A stretch of DNA of 64,000 nucleotides from Tubiluchus corallicola (Eukaryota > Animalia > Priapulida), in assembly GCA_030141605.1 (NCBI GenBank), contig JAQGDQ010000044.1, forward strand, positions 434,001 through 498,000, read 5' to 3'. Positions 12,701 to 24,700 of this stretch are shown here, piece by piece. The position numbers and the translations under genes were made by a program. The notes beneath the pieces were generated by a model. The model was given only the letters and a program-made list of their open reading frames with translations. It ran no database searches and was not told where the DNA came from. Within the stretch, counting starts at the first letter, position 1; the number at the start of each line of letters is the position of its first letter.

Positions 12701-15700
12701 GTAGCTGTTTTACACCTGAATATGTTCAAGGTAAAAATGACAGAATCAGTAGCAAAACGATGATTATCACACAACAACAGCTCAGTAAAGTTCCAAAAAG
12801 CACTTCATTGAAGAAAATGATAAAAGTATGCAAATGCTATTTGATATTCAAATGCAAAAGAACTTCATTATTAAGATTAGTGAAACTGAAACACAAACTT
12901 ACCAACACAGATACGTCCGGGGAGAGCTCTTCTGACCTCCCCGGCGTCGAAGAATCCAGCTTTGCAGACACAATTGTATCCACCGTCCGTGTTAACACAG
13001 ATGGCATTTTCATTGCAGTCGTTGAGTTCACGAGATTCACACTCATTATAATCTGCAAGAAAATCCATACAAAGCACATCAGGACAGAGCTCTAAACCAC
13101 TCTTGGCAAATATAACTTTATTTAGCACAGCTGAAGAAATATCAGCACACTTAACACAAGCGCAGTTGACATACCCGTGTAATTAACGGTGAAAACGTGA
13201 TTGACGTAGAGATCCGTGTTGCCTATGCTGTAGTTCGTGGAAATGATGGAACGTGTCAATTCTTTTGCAATGTCTACTATGGTGTCTGGGTATTCACTGC
13301 AACAAAAATGCAATAACTTAGACTAGAATAACAATCACCGATCAGACATACTCAACATAAACATCTCTTCTCACCATTTAGTGTCCGTGAAAACAGTTCT
13401 ATCTGATACTAAGTAAAAGACCAGATTTTTCGCTACAACTGCAAAATACAAAAAGTTGAAAATTTTAGCGCCAAAAATGTTACTGTATCAGGACTCAATA
13501 AACATTGCTAATTTTTGAAAAGCTCTTCAAAAAACTTCCAATGAACTTCACCATTGTCCATCAACTTACATTTACATTTACATCCATGTGACATATTTGT
13601 TAACATAAACATTAAGAAATGTTACATAACCACACAGATCTTTACTATGAAATATGATCAACTTTGGAGAATACAATAGCACAAAAGCATACTAAGAAAT
13701 ACTCTATTACCACTCTCACTTAACATTACACTAATACTCAAAGAAAGTGGAAAAAAGCTCAAATAATAACATAAACTGATGCACAATTTAACTCTAACGC
13801 AGCCAAACAGCATGTAACATCACACTATAGAAAGACTTTGCCTAAATAGACAAATACTAATGTGATTAGATGCAAAGAACATAATGCAATGCAACGAAAA
13901 AACATGTAACGTCACATTACAACAAAAGACTGCACCTCTGTACTTGCAGAAAGAAATGATGGCAATATGGAAGATCCACCGAGAAATTCAATGCCAAAAT
14001 TCTTATTAGTCAAAAAACACAAAAGTCAAACTACCAGTATACCATAGTTCACATCAAGAACAATTAAACACGTCAATCTCACCCGTCGACAGCGACCAGG
14101 TATCGGAAGACAATTCCCTCCGGTGTAAGCCCGATGTTAACAGGATTCATGATTCCGAGTACAGCAGATCCGATGTAATACGGCTCAATTGCGCTGATAT
14201 CAAAGGCATTATTTATCTAAAGTAAGAAAAAAATGTGTCAAAAAGTATAAAGATACAGTTCAGAACTCTGTTATCTAAGGTCCAGCACTCAATGACAGGG
14301 TCTGCTTAATGTAGCTGATTGTGGCAAGACCCGTATCTAACATCAATGTCAAATGTAGTCCATCAATGTCAAATGTAAACCTAACTTGACCTTTCCCTGC
14401 TTAAACAAAGTCTATTATCCTAATTCTGATAACTTCTAGTTCAAAATCACATTTCACAAACATAAAACCGTGACCACGGTAACACAGTGAAGATGATTGT
14501 AACTTAAATGTCAAATCCATAAGCCTTTATCAATGTTATTTAAATACCAAGATCTGAAAACTGCTTGTAGAATTAGATACAGCACTATTGAGACACTTAC
14601 CCCTGTCTCTGCTATGGTTGTGAGGTCGATGAACTCCGGAGACGTACGATCAGCGTACACTCTCCTCCAGTTGATGGGAGTTACCTCCCTACGTACAACT
14701 TTTACCATAATTACATATTTTTGGGAAGCTGTAAAACAAATTATTGACAATATGACATTTTAAAAATGCAACTAATACGTAACTAAGAAACTACCGTCAA
14801 AACTCATCAAGTAATACATATTTTAGTGTTAAAATTAGCACTTGAAGGATCTATTTTAACATTTTCACAACTGTGAAAGGGTACATACAAGTTTGGTATT
14901 TAGCCTGTCATCTAAACAAATACAGGATCTTTTTATACAGCTTAGCACTCTGTAAACTAGACTCCATCACTAAAATACAGTGTCCATTGTAGATTATTGT
15001 GGTGGGAACAGAACACTAATCTCATTATCAAGGCTGAACTTTTAAAACGAAACACTGTTTTTGCAGAACTACTTCGGCCAAGTTCAGATGTGCATAAAAT
15101 CCTCACTCAACTAAGTACCCATGTTCCGTGAAACAGCCGGGGATAAGTACGGCATCTATTCATCAAGTGACCAGATTTGGCTTTGCTGAACTTCAGTCAC
15201 TAAATAACTATTCACCTACTTACCTCACCTTAATAAGATAAAAAATAGCTGTGATTTAAAATTTTGGCTTTTCTTTTACCGTTGCCTTGTGCAGTAAATT
15301 AGACTAACAACAATTAAAGTTTCAAATTAAAAGGCAGTGATTATTTAACTTTCTTTTTTTTAAACAAAAAGCTAACTTGAAGCATTAGGAAAACGAAAAG
15401 AACTTTATATCAATTTAAACTCAGGATTTCAATATCAAACTAAAATGTAATAGATCTACGAAGAGGTGCCAGATTATAAAGCTTCAGTTTTCTTGTCAAC
15501 AGATGTCACCACTATTACTAAAATTTGTATTAAACCAACAAAAGCTAGAGCATCTTTAATATGAGAGCATCTTAAAATTTAATAACCCAAAACTTGATAC
15601 TAACAACAATATAAAAGTTTGGGTCTAAATAAAAGAGTCTCACAAATAATACTTACTTCTACAGCTCTCGCCAAGTCTACGCCTGAAGTACCCACTTCTG

Positions 15701-18700
15701 CAGACGCATGCCGGACGACCGTCAACACGTCGACATTCCTCGTTGTTGTCGACATCACAGTCAGTGTCCCGTCTGCAGACAGTGGGTGCCGGAGTGGGTG
15801 GAATGACAGCGGTGTTGCAGCGTATACCTGTCCATCCTTGGAAACAGCTAGATGTGAGGAAAATGTGTCAGTAAAAGCAGTAATGATTCAAAAATTCTTC
15901 AAAAATGGGTAAAAACTGTCATTAAATAATTTAGACATGCATAACCATATTGTTTAACAAACAGTAGCAAGGGAAGCTATTATAAAAAAACTTCTACAGT
16001 ACCTAGTACTTTGCCTTAACTGCAATAACTGGCAATAATAGGCTTTACATTATACAAACATGTTAAGCACATTTTTATATAGTTTTGCAAAAGCCAGCAT
16101 TCAACAACAAGGCTTACTTAGTGTAGATAGCTGTGGTATGACTGGTACCTATCTCACTGTAGAAGCTAACTCTCAAATGTGAGACATATGAACTGCTGTA
16201 AGAGTGTCAGCCATGTTTGGATGTGTGTACAAGTTTCAATCAATACTCATGGTACTTCAGATAAAACAGTTCAGAACAAATGTTAACTCGGCTCTCACCA
16301 ATCTACTCACAGACCAAAAGTGACATTGTTTAACTGTGTTTGCTAAGGACACATTGTAATCATTCACCTCAATGGATATGCACATATAAAACTTCACTGC
16401 TTATAAAGAATACAAGTATTAACTATAAGACATCTAATATATGACCTCAATTGAACATGCAGTTTAATGTAAATTAGAAGCCAGTACAGACTTAAATGCG
16501 CTTATTTGCTTAAAATGTTCACTAAGTCTAATAATAATCAGCAGTAATTAATTAAGCTTGTAGTTACCTGCATCTCCGCTGGTTACCGTTCTGTATGATG
16601 CACCTTCCATTGTTGTTGCAGTAATCAGCCGGACAATCTATAGTAAAAGTTTCTCTGTTAGGAAAATTTCATCTGCTGATGTAGGCACAAACATATTCAT
16701 GTACATTATCACTAGTGATTGCACAATGTATGTGTACAGCATGTACGTAAAATATGTTTGAAGCCTCGGTATAACAAATTTCACAAATAAAACCATATAA
16801 AGTTGAATCGTTCAAAAGTTAAAACTATCAAAAAAGGTATCAACATTTATTCAATGCGCAGTTAATTTCGTTAGAAAACGTATTTTACCTAAGAGTATTA
16901 CAGCCACGCGGTATCTTTTAAGTTTAGCAGCAACAATAGAGTATAGAGTGCAGAAGAAAAAATACAGTTTTTGAAACTGATCTTCAAAATAAAAATGCAT
17001 TTCAACTATCTTACACAGAAAATGAAATTATTCAGCTTCTTTTAACAGTCTAAACTTCCTGCTACTAATAAATTATGGAGAGATATTGTACGAGGTGTCG
17101 ATTACGACATATGACAAATCACCGTAAGAACATTTTAACTCACCAATGCAGAGTCGTCCGGGTGGAAGATCAACTCTGAACGACGCGTCAAAGTAATTCC
17201 GACGACAGACGCACTCGTAAGTGCCGGGAAGATTTCTACATTCTGCATTCTCGGAACAGTCATTCAATCCCGGAAAAGCGCACTCGTTCGCATCTGTAAG
17301 CAGAGACAAACTGGCTTAAAGGACTGTGGTAAAATTCAAAAGAAGTTAATCTGTTTAGAAATGTTGTTTAATTTTGGAAATGCAAACTCGTTAGCATCTG
17401 CAGGCACAGACAAACTTGCTCTAGTCGATATGAGAAATCATTAAAATAAGAAAGTAATTTGCTCACAAAAGGTCACATTAGCCCATTACGTCTGTTAGAA
17501 GCATTGGGCAGGCACTAATAAATAAAATAAAATAAATTTGCCCTCAAGACAGGTAAATACAGCAGTAATACAGCAAGAAAATAAACATTGCTATGCCAGT
17601 GGCTTGTCAGCACTACTTCCGATCACAACAAAAGATCATTTAGTTTCATCATCATTATCATGATCATCATCTCTGGAGTCACACGTAATCTGACATGACT
17701 CTTGCCATCACTTTAGACCATGCTGCCTTGTCAGTCACAACCTCCCATGTCTCTGTATTTTTGATATCTAATGGCATGTTGATAAGATCTTTTTGGATGA
17801 AATTAATGTAAGTCAGCAGCGATCTTCCTTGTGGTTTTATTTCTTTCTGCAGTGCTTCTTTGAAAGCTAATGTTAATGGACTGTCATCTGATAGTCGCAT
17901 AACATGTCCTATCCATCTTAATCTTCTCCTTTTGATTTCTACTGTCCATTGCTCTACCTTGACTATTGTACAGATCCTGGTTTGATATTTTCTTTGGCCA
18001 CTTTATTCCTAGAATGTTCCGGTAGTTTCTAATAAATAATTAATTTCGAAGGCAAAACTTCCTTAGAGCAATGTGGGAAATCTTTAGCTTAAAACAGAAA
18101 TTAATTGGTGTGCATCATGCTGTTTAATTCCGGAAAAGCACACTCATCAGCATCTGTAATGGGAAAACTTAAAATAAAATTTAATCTGTTTATCAAATTA
18201 CCAAAATGCAATGAGTGTGAGAAGACTCATTTTAAAACACTTACCAGTATAATTTACGAAAAATACGACTCTGTTTACATAAAGATCTGTGTTGCCGACG
18301 CTGTAATTTGTACCAATAATGGATCGGACAAGTTCTTCTGCCACGTCCTTCATCGTGCCGGGATATCCCGATGCAATCCTGACAAAAATTAACTTGTTAC
18401 TGTAAAGTCTATTCCCAAATGCAAAATAAAATGCTACATATAATAATTTAGATTTGTTTTAGTAAATTAGGCAACCGATTTAGCAGAAAGTCGGGAAGAG
18501 GATAGTATCAAACACATGCAAAGTTTTGAATGACAATTTAAACTAACCAATTCTGGTAACGAACCAGAATCAGTATAGCAAATGAAGCCATCTGGAGCAA
18601 ATATTAACCAAGTCAGTCATGAGTTATTCATTTACCAGTCCCGGCTTTGCTTAACGCTGGTCACACAGTACATATCCCATGACTAGTCAGTACACATCCC

Positions 18701-21700
18701 ATGACCACCTCGCCCCCTGCTATCATCAACTTAGCTTCCATTATTTTTTGCTAAACCCATCAACTTGATACAACGTATGACCACACTCAATGACCAACAT
18801 CATTAGTAATCAATCGATGTAAAAATGTAAATTGATCTCTAAACTAATTTCACTTTGCATGGTTTACATTTCTAATTAAAAATGACTATATACAATAATA
18901 ACAATACATTAGCCAAAATAATGGTGTCGCCTTAGTATTCAAGTAAAAAACACTTCAGTTTTACCTGACAGTTGTGTTGAAGACGATTCCAGATGGATCG
19001 GCTCCGATTCTAATCGGGTTAATGATGTCATTGACGCTGTTGCCAATATAGTGAGGTGCAATGATGGTCCTCTCAAATGCTCGATCAATCTAAAACAGCA
19101 AAAAATCATCTACTGCAGCGCTACGTAATGACGAGATTTGCGAAAAACAAGAAAATAAAGTTATTTAAAAAAAAGAATACACAAGCAGGGCACTCTGTTA
19201 TGCAATTTGCCATAGCCTACATATAACATTTAACGCAGAGCTTACTAATGCTTGCACTACGGCAGGACTGGAACCTATCTAGGTCGAAACACTAAAGTTA
19301 GATGCGTTAAGCACAATAGGAGGCATATACGTCCTTTCTCAACCATGAAAACAATAAGCAAGCAAAGACAGTTTGGCAGACAAAATTGCCCTAAAGCAAT
19401 TTTACTCGCGGTCTACCATCAATTTACTAATCAGTCTTGGTGTTGCTTAAGTCGGTTACTGAGCATGGATGAAAACGCTCAGCCGCCCCTACCATCACAT
19501 GACTATAGAAGAATTTGTAGATATCGTGTCTTATGTAGCATTATGATAATTAGTTTTAATGATGATTTTAGCTTGAAAATAACTATTTTAGCAGTCAGCC
19601 ACTTGAAATGTAAAACAACACAAGAGCATCCGTACCGCAGTCTGCCCCCTGTTGGACATGTCGATGTAGGTGGGTGACTCTTTGTTAACGTAGACTCTGG
19701 TGTAACGAAGCGGAATCAGATCTTGACGAATAACTCGCAGGAAAAAGATGTAAACCTTTATTGCTGAAAAGTATAAACAACAAATAATACTCAAAATGCG
19801 AAATTTTTCAATCGTACATCATCCTATGAGCTCACAATCATTCAAACTCTTACTACAACATTAGTTCATACAAGGTAGAAACACCTGTTTGTTTAACCTG
19901 TATAATTCAAACTTTCTCCCAGTTAATATTAATGAAATAAATATTGAAACTAAAATCCATACTTTATTACACGCTAACTTACTTTTCAATCTTGAGCAAA
20001 ATAAAACTATTTTTAATATGTTGCAGGAATTCATTAAAGCTTCAAGCTGATTCTGCCGACGTTAATTTATAATTTTGCACCATTAGATTGCACTTAATGC
20101 ACTGTCACTGTAAAAATACAGATATCTAATTAAAAATGTCTCAACTTTGCATTAGAGTACTTACCAATTCCTAAAGTATGTTAATTAGTTTTGTCATGTT
20201 TACCAAAGGTGAAGGAAAATATGTTTATAGAAAAGGTAGAAACACTAGGCGGAGTTTAAATTATCGTAAACTAAGTTTTGGAATAAAATTGCATGCTTAC
20301 ATTGACAGGGTTCATTCGGATTACTGCGAGATGATCCCGGTCTGCATCGGCAGCCATGAATGTTGGGATAATACGTTGCTAAACAGTACTCGTTGAGGTC
20401 ACGCCTACAATCGTTGTCAAAGACACAAACTCGAAAATCGATCTGGAGAAACGCAAATAAATAAATGAAATGTACAGCACAGTGGTGCAAAAATTAATGA
20501 TATCTTACAGTGTTCACACTGGGCTGTCAATAAAAATTACCACCTCTGTGACTGCTTACATCCAGTAAGTACTTAGTATATACACTCAGCATTAAGAAGA
20601 TATAAGAAGAAAAGCATTAAAAGAATAATTATTAAATAAGTTCAAAGTTTTTATCAGCCAAATTAGCAAGCACATTCATTTTAAGCATGTGTTGCTAAGT
20701 ACAGCCTAAACGTAGTGTATTACTTCAAAACATTTGCAGTTGAAACAATTAGCATAAAATTTAAAGCAATTTTGTGTTGCCATGGTCATAATCGTAAAAA
20801 GAAGTCAAAATGCCAATAAATCACACAAAATTCTTTATTTTTTTCTTCAGAAGCTTTCATCCTCTCAGACTTCATCAGCTGACATCAATTAGATATAACT
20901 GATCTTGAAAGATTTAGCTAAGATTTTGAAAGATATAGCCAAGATCTTGAAAGATATAACTAAGATCTTTTAAGATCCTCTTCAAGAGCTTCTGAGAGGA
21001 CAAAAGCTTCTGAAGAAGAAATAAAGAATTTTTTGAGATTTATGGGCATTTTAAATTATTTTAATTTCTGATGTTAATTTAAATCACAGTACTTCCAGAC
21101 TACAATGTCTATAACTGCATTACTTACTTCAATAGGTGGTACAGTCTCTTCAGTCGTGACCTCTGGAGTTGTAGTGGTAAACGCCAGGGTAGTGTCTTCT
21201 GTGACTACAGTCTGTGGTGTAACTGGTTTGGTTGGTGTAGGTCCAAACGTTGCCGTAGGTCTCGTTCTCTCCACTGTAGTACTGCGGGGTGTCGTGCTTC
21301 GTTCCCGAGTAGTTGTAGTGGATGGAGTGACAGTGATAGGCCGTGTCACGACAAGTGGAGTCTGCGTTCGAGTTACAACTGTATCAACGATCTGCGTGGC
21401 TGGAGTGCGTGTTGTATTGAGCGTGACAACACTGACCACGGGTGGTCCCGTGACGGTAATCACGATAACTCCCGGTTCTTCGGTGGTTGATGAAGTTGTA
21501 GATATTGCAGGTGGAGACACAAAAGTAGATGGAAGAGGACTTCCAGCATCACGTGTGGTAACGGCAGGAATGATTGTTGACTGCCTAGTAGAGGGAAATG
21601 TCTGTAGAGTAGAGGGCTCCACTGTTGTGCTTCGAATTGTCGTAGATCGTGTTGTTCTCCGCGTCTCCTCTGTTGAAGGTGTAGTGCTTGGTTGTCTGCG

Positions 21701-24700
21701 TGTTGTTGCAGATGTCGTAACTGGCTGCGGAGTTGTACTGCGAGTGGTGATTGGTTCTTGTGTTGTGCTGCTTGGAGTGGTAGAGCGTCGTGTTGTACTG
21801 CGACTGGTAACTTCTTGCGTGGTGCTAGGAGTTGTAAATGGTGAGGTAGGTGGACGTGTCGGTCTTGTTCTCCTGGTAGATGGTGTTGTTGGCTGTGACG
21901 TCGTGCTGGGTGTTTGCTCAACAGTGGGTGGTGTCAGGGTAACAACTATAAAACCAGTTGTAGTGCTGCTTGTGCTAAAGGGAGTGGAAGACATTGTCTC
22001 TGCTGGTGTTTCTATAGTAGTCGTAGACCTTGTTGTACTTTGTGTTGTTGACGGTGTCGTGCGTAGAGTTGTAGACCTTGTTGCTCTTTGTGTTGTTGAC
22101 GGTGTCGTGCGTAGAGTTGTAGACCTTGTTGCTCTTTGTGTTGTTGATGGTGTCGTACGTTGGGTTGTAGACCTGATTTGACTGCCACTGTCAACCGTGG
22201 TGCTCGATGGTGTAGACGATTCCTCGATATGAATTTCTGTTGTGCTCATCTGAGTTGTGGGGCTAGGTTTGCCAGTAGTTATAAAAACAAAAGGAGGCAC
22301 GCTTGATGTTGTAGAAGATGGTGTCGGACTTCTTGTAGCTGGCGTTCTTGTTGTACTTTGTGTTGTTGATAGTGTGGTACGTTGAGTCGTAGACCTTGTT
22401 GTACTTCGTGTTGTGGATGGTGTTGTACGTGGAGTTGTAGACCTTGTTGTACTTTGTGTTGTTGATGGCGTGGTACGTTGAGTCGTAGACCTTGTTGTAC
22501 TTTGTGTTGTTGATGGTGTTGTACGTTGAGTTGTAGACCTTGTTGTACTTTGTGTTGTTGATGGTGTCGTACGCTGAGTTATAGACTGTGTCGTACTCTG
22601 TGTTGTAGATGGTGTGGTACTACGAGTCGTTGAGGGTGTTCCAGTAGTTATGAATACAAATGGAGGAACACTCGGTGTTGTAGCACTTACTGTAGACCTT
22701 GTTGTACTTTGTGTTGTTGACGGTGTGGTACGTTGAGTTGTAGACCTTGTTGTACTTTGTGTTGCTGATGGTGTTGTACCTTGAGTTGTAGACCTTGTTG
22801 TACTTTGTGTTGTTGATGGTGTCGTACGCTGAGTTGTAGACTGTGTCGTACTCTGTGTTGTAGATGGTGTGGTACTACGAGTCGTTGAGGGTGTTCCAGT
22901 AGTTATGAATACAAATGGAGGAACACTCGGTGTTGTAGCACTTATTGTAGACCTGGTTGTACTTTGTGCTGTTGATGGTGTTGTACGTTGCGTTGTGGAT
23001 GCTGTTGTACTTTGAGTGGTAGAGGGTGTTCTGCGTCGAGTTGTTGATGGTGTTATACTTTGGGTCGTAGGAGTTGTACGCTGTGTGGTAGACACTGTTG
23101 TGCTTTGAGTTGTAGGAGTTGTAGGTGAACCTGTAGTTATAAAGACAAATGGTGGCACTGTTGGTGTTGTGCTTGGACGAGTAGATGGTGTTCTTCTACG
23201 AGTTGTTGATGGCCTAGTTCGTTGTGTAGTTGGCTCAGTGGAAAGAGTAGTTCTCTGAGTAGTCGATGGGGTGGTTTGCTGTGTTGTTGATGCAGTCGTG
23301 CTTTCGGTTGTCGAAGGAGTGGTTCTTTGAGTCGGTGCACGAGTGGTGCTCCTAGTTGTGGACGGGGTTCTTCGTGTGGATCGCGTTGTTGCTGGAGTCG
23401 TTTCAACCACAAAAGGAGGTAGAGTTGAGCGAGTAGTAGAAGGCGTTGTACGTCGAGTTGTAGCTGGCCTGGCAGTGGTGACTGGCCTACGAGTAGTGCC
23501 CTCTACTATGCCTTCTAATGGCCCTCCATCGGGAATACAGGTGAAAGCTAACACCTGAGGTCGTGGCGTTGGAATGTTGATCTTTAACCTGCCTCCTTTT
23601 TCAAGGAATTTAGCTCTGTCACCGACTAGGTAAAAGTCTGGTTCGTTTTCATCATCTAAAAAAGGTAAAAATGAGCATGTTAACTGCAGTTTTGATGTAC
23701 TGCTTCCATTGCAAATCAAACATTTTATATGTTCGAAAACACGCGGACAGCACTTTGCAGGTCGAAGACCAAGCATATTAGCTGCTATCCTCAAAGCACA
23801 GACAATGAAGCTGATGCTTATCTATAGTTTACTCCATCCTACATATGATGCTTATCTATGGTCTCTAATGGAATATTGAACTTATCTACATTTCATCTGT
23901 GCTAGAACATACAAGAAAATGTATGCATCCAGACAATGGGACACATAAGTGCTTGCAAATAATTGGGTGGTTAGGCAACTATGGTTTCAGGTAACTAGGT
24001 AGCTAGGTAGATAGAATTGCAAACAAGTTTTCAAAAACTTACAGCATTGCAAAAAAACAGCAAAAATAAGTTTAGCAAAAACAAAAATAGAAACTTAGTT
24101 GAAACTAAAATTGTCTTAAAGTAGCAAAGTTATCATTTGAGAAAATCAGATTTCGTAAATGAGAAGACAGAAACAAGGTAAAAACACTTTCACTTAAATT
24201 CTCAACATGTTTTTTTACATAAACGCCCTCAAGCAATTAAATTTAAACCATTCTTCAAATTTGCTATTGATTGTATCTATCTCATTCCTTCAAATAATTT
24301 TTAGTACAGAACGATCTTTAATATTTTTAATATTTTCAAACCTGTGTGACGACCGCCGTAGAGTTACTTCTAAAATAGACATGAAATAGCGGAAAGAGTT
24401 TCCATGTTGTGAAATGTAGATTTTTTTGTTGAAAAATACGACCGCAAAGAAACTTTCAAAATGAAAAAAAACTAGAAACTATTGGGCATTTTTTAAAACT
24501 ATTACAATTAAAAATCAACAAGGAACGGATGGGAATGATGAACAAGTAATTAATTTTAGATGGTCTAAAAAAGAAGTTTCTTCATAATATAAAATCACAA
24601 ACTATTTTTTCAGAAAAACCTGAAAATGAAGAAGAACATAACGACACAGAAATTCTGAAGGTAGAAACCACACTACTTATGAAAACGGTAAAGAATCAAG

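Noticed and set aside
21105-22181. 358-aa Val-rich plus-strand ORF
   Set aside because: Antisense mirror of Thr (ACN) codons in the mucin exon; no independent evidence.
23656-23794. N-terminal part of the 906-aa ORF as the protein start
   Set aside because: Non-ATG start, and a strong polypyrimidine-AG at 23656 matches the phase of the upstream exon, so this stretch is intronic.
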